Shown in pieces: positions 39,222-52,300 of a stretch of DNA of 64,000 bases. Position 1 is the stretch's first letter, and the number at the start of each line of letters is the position of its first letter. The notes beneath the pieces were generated by a model. The model made no database searches and was not told where the DNA came from. It saw only the letters and a program-made list of their open reading frames with translations. The DNA is taken from positions 93,682,001-93,746,000 of the forward strand of contig OZ024744.1 in NCBI GenBank assembly GCA_964016885.1. The letters are read 5' to 3'. Source of the DNA: Eledone cirrhosa (lineage: Eukaryota). The position numbers and the translations under genes were made by a program.

Positions 39222-39565
39222 CAACATCATCATCATCACCGTTTTACATCCGTTCTTCCACGCTAGTGTGGGTTAGACGGGTTGTCCTGTTGTGGGTAGT
39301 GTCTGGTTGGCTGACCATGCCTTGCTCATAGAGGAACTGGTTTGGCTTGATTTCTACAGCTAGATGCCCTTCCTAACACCAATCTCATTTACAGTGAGTG
39401 CTGGGTGCTTTTTCGTGGCGCCTACACGTCCACTTTACATTGTGGGCTGGGTGCTTTTTTGCCCTCGCACCTCCACGACCACCTTGCAGTGGGGGGGGGG
39501 GGGGCATATTGTCTATATGCTTCAGCTTGTACCCATGGGAGGTCGGGTACTCGGTATTACTCTGT
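39222..39565 (-). mobile_element. RTE 3'-end fragment, tail-to-tail with the full copy
   Basis: Reverse complement of ~38860-39200. Confidence 0.9.
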
Positions 39566-39621
39566 ATATACATATATATATATATTATATATAATATATA
39601 ATATATATATATATTATATAT

Positions 39622-40266
39622 ACGTGAACGGCAAAGCATAAACGAACTAAGGGGAAAATTAGAAATAAGAGGGATCAGATGTTGTTTACACGAGAGAAGG
39701 CTACGTTGGTATAGTCACGTGATGCGCATGAAAGACGAAAGCTGTATAAAAAAGTGCAGGGCAATAAAAATAGACAGTAGCCACGGAATAGGCAGACCCA
39801 GAAAAACCTGGGACGACTTGATAAATTCCGACCTCACACACTTACACCTCTCCAAGACAATGTCACTGGACCGAGATCTTTGGCGCTACACAGTAATAGA
39901 GAAGACCCGCCTTACCTAAATACAAAGTGAAACCTACCACAGTCAGTAGGCACCTCTAACAAAATACACCCCGTCCCACTACCCCCACCCCATCCACACC
40001 ACCCCTTTCAATGTAAAGTTATGTTGGTACCACAACATCCAGGCCAAAACAAATGAGGTCGTGTAGGTGTCACGACAAAAAAACACACAGTCCACGCTGT
40101 AATGTGGCCGTGTAGGTAACACGGTAAAAACCTCCCAGTTCCACACTGTAAATGTGGTTGGTGTTAGGAAGGGCATCCAGCCGTAGAAAACCCGCCAGAC
40201 AGTCCTATGCGAGCAAGTGGGAAAGCTCCCGTCCAAACCCATGCAAGCGTGGAATATGGACGTTAA

Positions 40267-40300
<34 letters not shown>
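39622..40300 (+). mobile_element. Truncated RTE LINE 3' end
   Basis: ERRLRWYSHVMRMKDESCIKKC...GRPRKTW; (GAT)n tail. Confidence 0.88.
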
Positions 40301-40301
<1 letters not shown>

Positions 40302-40358
40302 AATATATATATATATTATATATATATATAATATATATATATATAATATATATATATA

Positions 40359-43300
40359 TGTAGCGACGTGGTTAGTCAGTCTAGTCACTACTTCTGATCA
40401 GATCCGAGAATAGCCCTTAGAAGGACTTTTATCGCATACGGTCTGATCAGATCTGAAGATAGCCCTTAAAAGGGCTGTTGTCGCATATAGCCCTTAAAAT
40501 AACTGTTGAGGATGGACAGACGAAAGCACAAGTTGAAAGGACGAAGCAAGGCGAGATGTAAATTCGATCAGCTATTTATTTTCACATGAAGCGACGATAC
40601 AAGGTACAAGGCGTGTGTGAGTGACAAAGCGTGGCAGAGGCGAGGAACAACGATACGCTAGCTGACTCTGCCAAAAGTCGACTAGCGAAACTGTTTGGAA
40701 CCACTCTATTTATACAGAAACAATCGTTTGATGTTTAGCCGCTGTGTAGGCGTTTATTCTAGTAGGTTTTAAGGGTTCTTTTGTTTCACGTTGAGGTAGC
40801 TAGCTAACATGTAGATGGCGCTGTATATTTCACAGCTGTTATTTCCGGTGGCTGTACATTATCCCCCCTGCCAGATCTTTTGTACAACAAAAGAGCGAAA
40901 TATCGTATAGTAATGGGCCAGTTGTGCATTTGTAATGACAATAGCCCCAGGAGTGTCCAGCACGTTGTGAAATTTTGTGATCATCGAGTACAGGACAGAG
41001 TCGATGTAGAGATGATATGGCAAGCTGTGTGTGTCAGGAAGAGAAAAAGAAATAAACTATAAAATCATTTTGACCAGATTTATGCAGGCGTGATGAATGA
41101 GCCTGTTGCAATTTGGGTTGAGCTGCCTGTGAATTGCGTGACAAGAAGTCTAACTGGGCAGTGAAGATAACCGTAATGTGTGAACTGAATGGCCGTAAGC
41201 ATGCTGCCTAAAAGTAACAGTTTGCTCCACAGCATATGACTTGAACGAATGCATGTGGTAAAAAAATAGCGAGGCATTCTCGAGCTATTGAGTGAATGTG
41301 TACGTGAAAACAGAAGGCCAGTGTTTTGAGGATGCGATTTGTGAAATGCGTGATCAAAGAGAAAACATTTTGTAGTGTAAGAGTTAGAGGGACACAAATG
41401 GTGTACGTATGATCCTGGGTCTGGAACATCCTGAGGAGAGATGTGAGCAACCATCTGACCAGGTAGAACCAGGGTGGTGCCGTACACTAATTCTGCAGGT
41501 GTGTGTCCGAATTCCTCTTTAACGGTGGATCGAATGCCCAGAAGGATGAGTGGTAGGTATTCAAACCAGTGGGTCTTGTCTGGATATGCTTTTATTGCAG
41601 CTTTCAATTGGCGATGGAATCTTTCCACGAGACCATTAGCTTGCAGGTGATAAGCTGTCGTGCGGATGTGTTTACATCCTAACAGGCGAGTCAGTTCCCT
41701 GAAGAGGTGGGAGTCAAATTGGCGTCCTCCGTCCGTTGGTATCTTCGCTGGGGCGCCATAACGTGATACCCAGTGTAAAACCAAAGTTTTAGCGACTGTT
41801 TCTGCTGAGGTATCATTTATGGGAAAAGCCTCAGGCCAACGAGAAAATCGATCTATGCAGGTGAGCAAGTGTGTGTAGTTCTGTGATGGTGGTAGAGGTC
41901 CGACGATGTCGATATGCACATGATGAAAACGTGCATCAGGTTGCGCGAATGTGCCGAGTGGAGTTTTGATGTGTCTGTGGACTTTGGCTTTCTGGCAGGC
42001 AATGCAGCTCCTGGACCAGTCGCGCACGTCCTTGTTAATGTTAGTCCACACAAAACGAGCAGAGATGAGTTTCTGTGTAGCCCGGATTTCCGGATGAGAC
42101 AAGCAGTGTAAAGCAGAAAAAACGTGTCGACGATGCATATGTGGTACGTACGGTCGTTCATGACCGGTAGAAAGGTCGCACCAAATTTGTCGCGGAGAAG
42201 AAGAAATGGGAACTTGCTGAAATTTGAGGGATGGCGAATCTCGGAGCTTGATAAACTCTTCGTCAGTCTCTTGTTCAGCTGCGATCTGTTGAAGGTCGAT
42301 GCCTGAATGCACATGTATTGCGTTCAGCTGGATTCAGGACAGGGCGTCGGCTGCTACGTTGTCTGATCCCTTGATATGCCGAATATCAGTTGAGTATTGG
42401 GAGACAAAATCCAGGTGTCGGAGTTCTCTCGGTGAATGTCGATCAGGTTTGGTACGGAACGCATAAACTAGTGGTTTATGGTCCGTGTAGATCACGAAAT
42501 TTGATCCTTCGAGCATGTGCCGAAAATGCTTAACCGAAAGATAGGTTGCCAATAGTTCACGGCCAAAGGTACTGTATTTCGTTTCTGCCGGTTGCAACCG
42601 CTTAGAAAAGAAGGATAAGGGTTGCCACACGCCGTCGACATGTTGTTGTAGAACGCCTCCAACCCCCGTGTCTGATGCGTCCACTAGCAGCGAAAGAGGA
42701 GCGCCAGACCTGGGAAAAACGAGCATGGAAGCGTTTGCCAACATTTCCTTCAGGCGGTTAAAAGTTGTTAATTCTTCCTCGTTTAGAGTGATCTCTTCGT
42801 TTTTGCGAGTCTGGTTACGAAGAAGGTTCTTGAGGAGTCTGGCTGCGTCGGAACAATGAGGGATAAACCGCCTATAAAAAAATCACCAGACCGAGGAATT
42901 CACGCAGTTTCCGAAGTGATGTAGGTGCGGGAAAACTGCGGATAGCTTCTACTTTCTCGGGAAATGGACGAATGCCGTCTTTATCGATGATGTGCCCGAG
43001 AAAGGACAGTGAAGGAACGCCGAGAAGGCACTTGCTGGGGTTGATGATGATACCGCACTCAGCCAAACGTCGGAAAAGGAGATCTAAGTGCTTCTCGTGT
43101 TCATTCTCGGAAGTACTTGCTACCAGCACGTCGTCAATATACACGTATACGAAGGGTAGATCGCGTAACACGGTGTCAATAAACCGCTGAAAAGTTTGTG
43201 CAGCGTTGCGCAGACCGAACGGCATTCACAGGAATTCGAATAAACCGAACGGTGTTGTGATTGCGGTCTTCGGAATGTCTGCAGGCTCCATAGGTATCTG

Positions 43301-44851
43301 GTTATATGCACGCACCAAATCTACCTTGGAAAAGATGCGTGCGCCTTGCAGAGAGGCAGAAAAATCGTGCAGGTGAGGTACAGGGTAATTATCGGGCACT
43401 GTAGAATTGTTAAGTGCACGATAATCCCCACATGGTCCCCAATCATTCTCGTTTTTTTTTTGGAACAAGGTGTAGGGGTGCAGACGAGTTGCTGGAGGAA
43501 GGGCGAATGATTCCGAGGTCCAGCATATGTTGGAACTCTTGCTTGGCGATTCTCAATCGGTCTGGAGGCAGTCTCCTTGGTCGGGCAGCTGTGGGTGGTC
43601 CCTTTGTCTCGATGTGGTGCGTGACACTATGCTTAATGGGACCGTCCTTAAATACCGGGCGAGTGATGTCTGGGTATTTCTGTAGAATGCCGTTGTACCG
43701 CGAAGGCTCTGACTGGCAAATTACAGGGCTCACTGGATTGTGTCGTAAATATACCTCTCACAGTGAGGTTTGTGGTGGTGTCAATAAGCCTCCGGTTCTT
43801 CATATCCACCAGAAGGTTGAAGTGGTGGAGAAAATTGGCTCCTAGGATCGGGGTCGGCAGGTCTGCCACGACGAACACCCATTGAAAACGCCGCCTCAGG
43901 CCTAAATTGAGGGTCAGGGATTTTTCCCCGAAAGTGGGAATTGACGATCGGTTCACTGCCCGCAGAAAGGACGGTGTTGGGTGTCTTTTGCCCGAGATTA
44001 GTGAAACCGGAATAACACTAACCTGGGCTCCTGTATGCACGAGGTAACGGATGCCTGTCGCTTGGTCGTTAATAAAAAATAGACGACTTTTCTTTTCAGT
44101 ACCAGGGGTGAAAGTCGTCGCCAGGCCCTGGGTGGCATTCCGGAAAGAGTACGGGGCTTTGCACTTAGATGCCTGTGTGCCGAAATTTGTGTGATACCAG
44201 CAGAGGTTGCCAGACACAAGATTTTGACTGGGACTACTGGATCTTCGACTGTGAAAAGGCCTGGCTCGACTGTTGCTGCGTCGCCGGTGTGTTTGAAAGG
44301 TCAAGTTCTCTACTTGATTCGAGAGGGCTTTAATTTGACCAGCCCGCTCTCTGATCATAGACCGCAGCTCTGAAATCTCGGCCTCTGTCGTTTGTGACAT
44401 GTCCATGTTGATATTTTCTTAGGTGCTGTCTGGTTGCGCGTTCGACTCACGTTCGGGTCACCAATTGTAGCGGCATAGTGTATAAATGTTATTGAGACAC
44501 GAGTAACGTAATAATGATGTCAACAGCAGAAATTAGAGATGAAATGTATGTTTATTTTTGTTGTAGCACAAATAATGTTTGATAACTTGTATGGTTGAAG
44601 TTACACATAAAATGAGGTTACAAAAGGGAATGTGCCATTGTTCCGGAAAGCCGGCAGGCCAAAGTGCAAAATCTCACCGTCACATGTACGTGTTGCTGGT
44701 TCGAAGTTCCGGGTGCGAGAGAGAGATTCTTTAAATCTTCGCGGGGATTTTCTCCCTCAGGGCGTGTAGGGATACATCCTCTTCCACTGCCGCTGATTGG
44801 CTGAGCTGAGCCACTGAGCCAAACCACGCACAGAGAATGTAGGTCACTACA
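40359..44851 (-). mobile_element. Ty3/Gypsy LTR retrotransposon, decayed and chimeric
   Basis: Order gag remnant (CWYH..FG..A.KC), protease (LVHTGA), RT (MPFGLRNA, YIDD), RNase H (VDAS, YTDH), integrase ([16 protein letters not shown]); TG...CA blocks 40359-40858 and 44466-44851; PPT ~40859-40872; PBS 44432-44463. Confidence 0.93.
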
Positions 44852-44865
44852 TATATATATATTAT

Positions 44866-44933
<68 letters not shown>

Positions 44934-44972
44934 ATATATATATATTATATATAATATATATATATATATATG

Positions 44973-45088
<116 letters not shown>

Positions 45089-45111
45089 TATAATATATAT
45101 ATATATATATT

Positions 45112-48100
45112 ATCATCATCATCATCATTTTACGTCCGCTTTTCCCTGCTTGCAAGGGTGGGACGGGTCTTATTCAGCACACCATCTCTCCACTCGTCAC
45201 GGTCCTTCGTCATCTCCACCGTGAGCTTCAATGATCTGAGGTCTGTTCTCACCACCTCCGCCCATGTTTTTCGTGGTCTACCTCTACCACGCCTTCCTTC
45301 AACTGGCATTTCCTGGCACTTCTTCACCCATCGGTCATCCTCCATGCGCATGACATGTCCATACCACCTCAGTCTCCTCTCCCGTACACTACATTCTACC
45401 CCTCTCAGACACAGTTTCTCTCTCAACACATTTATGCTGGGTTGTCCACGCACATTTACACTGCATATCCAACGGAGCATGCTTGCCTCATTTCTCTCCA
45501 GCCGTCGCATATCCTCTGCAGTTGCTGCCCATGTCTCACTACCATGCAGCATCGCGCTCCTCACACAGGCATCATACAACCGGCCTTTCGTACGCAGGGA
45601 GAAACCCTTCTTCGTAAACAGAGGAAGCAGCTCCCTAAACTTCTTCCAACCCGTCCTTATTCTAGATACTATGGCCTCGGAACAACCTCCTCCCATGCTA
45701 ATCTGATCTCCTAGGTACCGGAAGCTATCCACCACTTCTATAGCGCCCTCCTGCATTTGAAAAATGTGTCTATCAATGCGACTTCTACTGTCTAATTTCC
45801 CTGTACATCTACTGCATACATACTTCTCCCTACCTGTTAGTTTGCCTGCTATCCCGCTACATCTCTTGTGTACTCAGGATCTGAATTGTGTGCATTTTAT
45901 AGAATTTATGCCAGTTCCTTTTCTGCATATCGAACATGGCCATTTCCCTGACGGAATCAGTGTTTTGTCCTCTTTTCTACTCATCAACACTTTTGTCTTA
46001 GCTAGGTTCACTCTCAGCCCTCTTGCTTCCAACTGCTGTTTCCATAACCAGAATTTATTCTCTAGCTCCTCTACTGATTCTGCTATAAGAACTAGATCGT
46101 CAGCATAGAGAAGTTCCCATGGTCAGCCAGTCTTAAACTCCTCTGTTATGGCTTGGAGGACTATAATGAACAAGAGCGGGCTGAGGACCGAACCCTGATG
46201 TATTCCTACTTGTATCTGGAATTCCTCACTAAACTCCATTCCTACCCTGACTTTACTGAGAGTACCTCTGTACAAAGTTTGCACTGTCCTCACAAGCCAT
46301 TCCTCAACCCCTAGCTTCCTTAGGGACCACCAGATGACAGATCGGGGTACCCTATCAAAGGCCTTCTCTAGGTCAACAAAGGCTAAGTATAGTGGCTTAT
46401 TCTTCTCTAAGAATCTCTCTTGCAATTGTCTCACCAAGAAGAGGGCATCTTTTGTACTCTTCCCAAGCACAAAACCAAACTGCATCTCATCTAGTTTGAC
46501 CCTTTCTCTAATTAGTTGTGCTAATATACTTTCTGCCACTTTCATAACCTGATCTATCAGTTTTATACCCCTATAATTGCTCCTCTCCAGAGCATCCCCT
46601 TTACCTTTGTAGCAATTTATGAGAATACTGCTACACAGTCTTTGGGTATGACACCACCATATATAGCCTGATTGATGATGCGTGCAACCAGTTTAGTGCC
46701 TACGTCCCCTGATGCCTTCAGCATCTCAGCAACTATTCCCGATGGTCCGGCCGCCTTACCATTTTTCATTTCCCTAATCACCTCTTGGACCCTATATTCG
46801 TCAATCTCAATAGCTGGTCCCTCTGTCGGATCTACTAAGGGTAATTTCTCTCTCTCCCATTCGTTCTCCACATTCATCAGTCTCTCATAATGACATTTCC
46901 AGGCCTCCTTTTTCTGATCATTCGTGACACTAAGTACACCGGCATCATCCCGGACACATTTATCTCCAACAACATCCTGATTTGCATTGACACACTGCCT
47001 TGCAATGTGGAACACCGCACGCCTCTGATCTTCCCGTCGCACAACATTGGCAAACCTCCTACTCTCAGCCTCCCTGCGTGCTAAGTACACCTGACGTCTA
47101 GCTTCTCTCTTAGTAGCTGTATATTCTTCCCTACTCCCACCCTTTTTCCAAGCCTTCTATGCTAGTTTTTTGTCTCTAATGGCCTTATCTACTGTGCTGT
47201 TCCACCACCAGGTCACTCTCTGTCTGGTTGGAGCTCTGCTCCAGCCACATGTTTCATCAGTAGCCTGCAGCAAGTTGTCACGTAAGAAATTCCAGTTATT
47301 ATCTATGTCATACGTCTCTAAATCGTCTTCTTTTTCGTCATATACATCTTGAAGGGCTTTCCTAAATTTGTATTTTAGTGAAAGGTCTTTTAGCTTCCAG
47401 ACCTTTCTTCTCCACACCTTCCTATATGTCTCATTCCATCTCTTGCTTACTGAGATATCACTAACAACTAACCTATGCTGTGGAGTACATTCTTCCCCAG
47501 GGTATGCCTTGGTATTAGACACTATCTGCCTGTCCCGCTGCCTAACTAGTAAAAAGTCAATCTGGCTTATGTGCTCACCAGATTTGTAGGTTATTAGGTG
47601 ATTGGCAGGTTTCTGGAAGTTTGTGTTGCAAATAGTCAATGTACCTGCATCACAAAATTCAAGAAGTCTCACTCCTTCTTCATTTCTTGAGCCGTAACCG
47701 TGCCCACCATGTACCCCAGTGTAATCATCCTGGAGCTGTCCAACATGACCATTGAAGTCTCCTGCTAGCATAACGATGTCTCCGTCCTCTGTCGTTGCGG
47801 TTGTTTGTAAATGTTGCTCGTAAAAGCAGTCTTTCTCACCTTTGCCTAGGCCTGCTAGGGGAGCATAGGCCGAGATGATTGTCAGTAGTCTCCTGCCTAC
47901 AACTAATCTAAGCTTAATTATTCGATTACTAACTCGAACTACCTCTATTGTCTTATTGATCCATCTCTCAGCCAGGAAAATGCCTACTCCCCCTAACCCA
48001 TCATCCTTACCTACCCAGAATAGCTTGTAGCTAAGACGTTTGCCTACGACTAGTCTCACAGAGGCACCTCTCCATCTCACCTCTTGCACGCAGCACACAT

Positions 48101-48273
48101 CCACCTGCCTTCTCTCCAGCATCTCCGCTATTTCAGCAGATCTACCTCTGAGAGTGCCAACATTAAGTGTTGCAACTCTGAGATGCGACGTCTTCATATT
48201 TTGTTGTTGTTCCTATTTGTTGCTTTGCTGATAAACGTTTTAGCATTGATACACTGGTTGGATGCCCTTCCTA
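45112..48273 (-). mobile_element. Near-full-length RTE-clade LINE, second family, several stops and a frameshift
   Basis: ATLNVGTL, CVQEVRW, GDFNGHVG; FVDLEKAFD, GIHQGSVLSP, YADD near 46100; ORF fragments 47157-48197, 46617-47090, 46123-46545, 45130-45756; (CAT)n tail. Confidence 0.95.
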
Positions 48274-48340
48274 ATATATATAATATATATATATATATTT
48301 ATATATATATAATATATATATATATTTATATATATATATA

Positions 48341-48371
<31 letters not shown>

Positions 48372-48414
48372 ATATATATATATTTATATATATATAATAT
48401 ATATATATATATTT

Positions 48415-48579
<165 letters not shown>

Positions 48580-48613
48580 ATATATATATATATAATATAT
48601 ATATATAATATAT

Positions 48614-49088
48614 ATATTCATTAGTTAAGCAAAACAAGACCACAAATTTCACAAGGAAGACATTATTAAAAGATTGTCAACATATTAGCAGATCTCACAC
48701 AATGCAGCCTCGACCGATGAATACTGCTTGATTATGGCCGACAACTGATGCAACCAAGACACCATAGTAAAAACCAATATATGGAATATTATATTATGTA
48801 ACATTATCTCATTATTTTAATTTATATTCCTTTGAAGTTCCGATGAGCCACTCTGTTTTTTAAATATGTTAATTATTTTCACCTGAACCAGATCAATCAT
48901 GATATATAGTCATCTGATTCAGAAATATTATATGGAGTAGCGAAACAATTGTAAACGGACATTATTATTATTAATATTATTATTGTTATTCTCTACATTC
49001 CTTACATCAAACTAAAATATGTTAACAATCTTTTAATAATATCTTCCTTGTGAAATTTGTGGTCTTGTTTTGCTTAACTAATGAATAT
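48614..49088 (+). mobile_element. Non-coding Penelope-like element with ~73-bp terminal inverted repeats and a hammerhead
   Basis: 48614-48686 is inverted at 49016-49088; hammerhead at 48837-48956. Confidence 0.7.
48837..48956 (+). ncRNA. Hammerhead ribozyme variant (CCGATGA core, ~95-nt stem II)
   Basis: gtt-CCGATGA-gccactct...ggagtagc-GAAA-caattg-TA-aac; internal tgaaccagat/atctgattca pairing; stem I only 3 bp. Confidence 0.65.
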
Positions 49089-49186
49089 TTCCAGCTCTGC
49101 GCACCTAACTTCTGCATCAACCCAGCCACCTAGCTGCTTTCTACTGCATATTGCACATTGAGCACATGCCTTTACGCTTTGGCTTC

Positions 49187-49377
49187 TAACTAACTCACCA
49201 ATCTCTCCTCTCATATCTCCTCTACTATCTCCATCTCTCTCCTTAAGATTGGTTACTCTTGAACTGTGTATATATAATATATATATAATATATACACAGT
49301 TCAAGAGTAACCAATCTTAAAGAGAGAGATGGAGATAGTAGAGGAGATATGAGAGGAGAGATTGGTGAGTTAGTTAT
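49187..49377. repeat. Near-perfect palindrome, ~85-bp arms around a TA-rich spacer
   Basis: taactaactcacc...gaactgtgtata / tatacacagttc...ggtgagttagtta. Confidence 0.9.
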
Positions 49378-49395
49378 ATATATATATATATTATA

Positions 49396-52300
49396 ATCTA
49401 GCTGTCGTCTGTTCTACAGTGTGGATGTCATTCACTTCGCACAGAAGTTTTGTTCAAATTTATTGAGGAAATTTTGTGAGTTCAAACTTAATTTTGATAC
49501 AATTGTGTAGCTTGACCCTCCGTCTGAACTGTCAGGCGGTGGGTCAGCTCATCTTTACCCCTCCTAGAGGTGAAAAACCTGTTTTAAAAAAAATTTTGTG
49601 TAAAAAATTTCAATCGTCTAACAGAAATGTTAAACGCAGCGAACGAAAATAGTGGTGGGGGGACAGCGGTAAGAGTTGTAAGCTCGCACGCTTTAGTCCT
49701 CCCTTCCTTCCCAACTAACGTCATAGAGAAGGAAGGAAAAATGAAAATAAAAACGGACGAATCTGCGGAGAAAAAATTAAATGACGAAAACAACGAAGAA
49801 AAAAAATTTGAAAAATTGCATGACAATACTAATAACACAAACAAAGACACAACAAACAAACAAAATAACAGTTGAAAATAACATAATATCAGAAAACAAA
49901 GCAGACGACAAGATTTCATTTGCACAGAAAACAAAGAAATCTTTGACTTATATAGCGGAAACCATTTCAGATGTGGTACGAAGGATCACGGACGCAAAAC
50001 AATACATAAGTGAAGGTGAGAATGGTATTTTATTGGTAAAAATGCCTCAAGAATTCACGAAAGACATTGAAAGCCGAACGGTCAAGTTTCGGACCATCAA
50101 CAACAGTACAAAAAAACCTGAACAGCCTTCTCAAGCAGATATCAAAACAGTACTCGCAGAAGTACTGAATGAAACAACTTTCATAAGAAAAGACAGACTG
50201 TATGGAAGCCTAGCAATTATCATGAAGAACGAATCGGCGGCAAAAAAATGTGCTTTGTCACCGATTCGTTCGAAAAATTTCACCTTTTATCCATCTTATA
50301 TGGGGAAAAAAACTCAACGCATATGGCTGGATGCAATGATGCCAGATGTGGACTACTGCTGGCTCATAGCTGGCTTCATCGATCCAGTGAATGACAACGT
50401 GATTTCCATTGGGAAAACCACAGGCAATGCGTTCAGTGGAACAGGTATAGAGCTGGTAGTACAAATGAAGCCTGAACGCATCGCCCAAATACCCGACAGA
50501 ATCCTATTAGAGGACCACGGGTATATAAACATTAGCGTGGAGGGGAGAAGGCCGTCCTGCCATATCTGTGCAGGCAGAGGGCACCTGAAGGCCGCTTGTC
50601 CCCAACTCAACAAAAAGAAAACCCTGCTACCAACACCAGCTCCACCACCACCACCACAACAGATAAACAAACAACAAAACTCAGTCCCACCCAACCCGTC
50701 CCTCAGTAACACCACAACACCACCACAACACAAACAGTCACAACACATTACCCCAAAACAAAATACAGGCCCACCCAACCTCTCACTCAATAAAACAACA
50801 CAACCACCGCAGACACAACACACAACACAGTCTAACATAGTGACATCCATCTCCCCCACAAAGAAAACCAACACGGAAACATTACCAGCAAACATACCTC
50901 TTCCCTCCAACACTGAAGATAACCCAACGAATTCGGAGGAAGAAACGGAGTCCTTCAGACAGATTAAAAGGAAAAAAAGAAAACATGTGCAAAACACACA
51001 AGGACAAACAACCCCCACCCAAATCGCAACACAATCTAACAAAACAGAAAACACCCCTCCAGCAACAAACAAAACCAAACCTGCCCCTCCCCTCTTCGAA
51101 ACACTCACACCATCGGAAAAAAGACATTACACTATACTTACATCAACAGAAACAATAATAAATTAAATGAACTCATATACAATAATCCTTCGGTACAAAC
51201 CGAAGGTGTAAACTTTGTTTCATCAGAAAACCACCCACATTTAAAACTAATAAAAATCCCAATGAACCTCTACCAAAAACTAAAAAAGGATTTTAAGGAG
51301 GACGTAGGACCACCCTCTGTCAAACCCATAAACCGCGTCCTACTAAAAAGCTTTCCCCCTCCCCTTCCCCTCCCCAACACAACTCCAAACACCCCACCCC
51401 CACCACACACCGACGACCCCACACCACCACAAGACACCCCTTCACCCAACACCCCCGACCCCATGGAAGTCGTGCAACCCGAACCCCGGGAAGCGGAAAG
51501 GTAGGTCTCTACACTCTCCTTTGGCTCTGCCGCCCACATGGATGTGTTAAGAGTAGGATGTTTGAATGCACGTGGCCTGGGCTCAACTTGGAAGCAAGCA
51601 AAGCTTCTAAATGACCTCAGGTCATGTAGTATAAATGTAATGGTTATCTGTGAGACTCGAATCAGCGTCATGCGGCAGCTGGCCCCCACCTTCGATGACT
51701 TTGAGGTGCATGCATCTCTCTGTCAACCTGGAGGTGGGGGTGGGGTTGTCGTGCTGCTGCAAAAACACCTGGGTCTTGCCGTACAGGTTGTGCACTCGGA
51801 CCCGGAGGGTCGTTTGTTGGTGCTAGACGTTGGCAGTAGTGAAAGTGCGGCCTTGAGACTGGTCGCCGTCTACTCCCCTTTCGGAGCTGAACGGCCCGAC
51901 TTCTTCCAGCGTTTGGAGACTTTTCTGGGAACGTCGCGTTCCCTGCTTCTAGCGGGGGATTGGAATGACATCCTAGATGCACGTTGGGACTATGCAGGAG
52001 CATGTCCTAATAGAGGGGGGTGTAACAGCCTCAAGGGGTTACTCGACCGTTTTAACTTGGTCGATAGATATCGACTAGATTTTCCAACTGTGCCTACCTG
52101 GACTTGGAGAAACCACAGTGGTCAATCTAGATCGTACTTAGATAGATTCTTAGTTAGAAGTAAGGATAGGGACATATTAAGCTGTCCAGAAATGCGCACG
52201 GTTGGCTACACGGATCACAAATTAGTGACCTGCGTGGTCAATCTCGAGAAAACACATAGACAGGGTCCCGGTTACTGGAAACTTAATTTGTCTTTACCGG

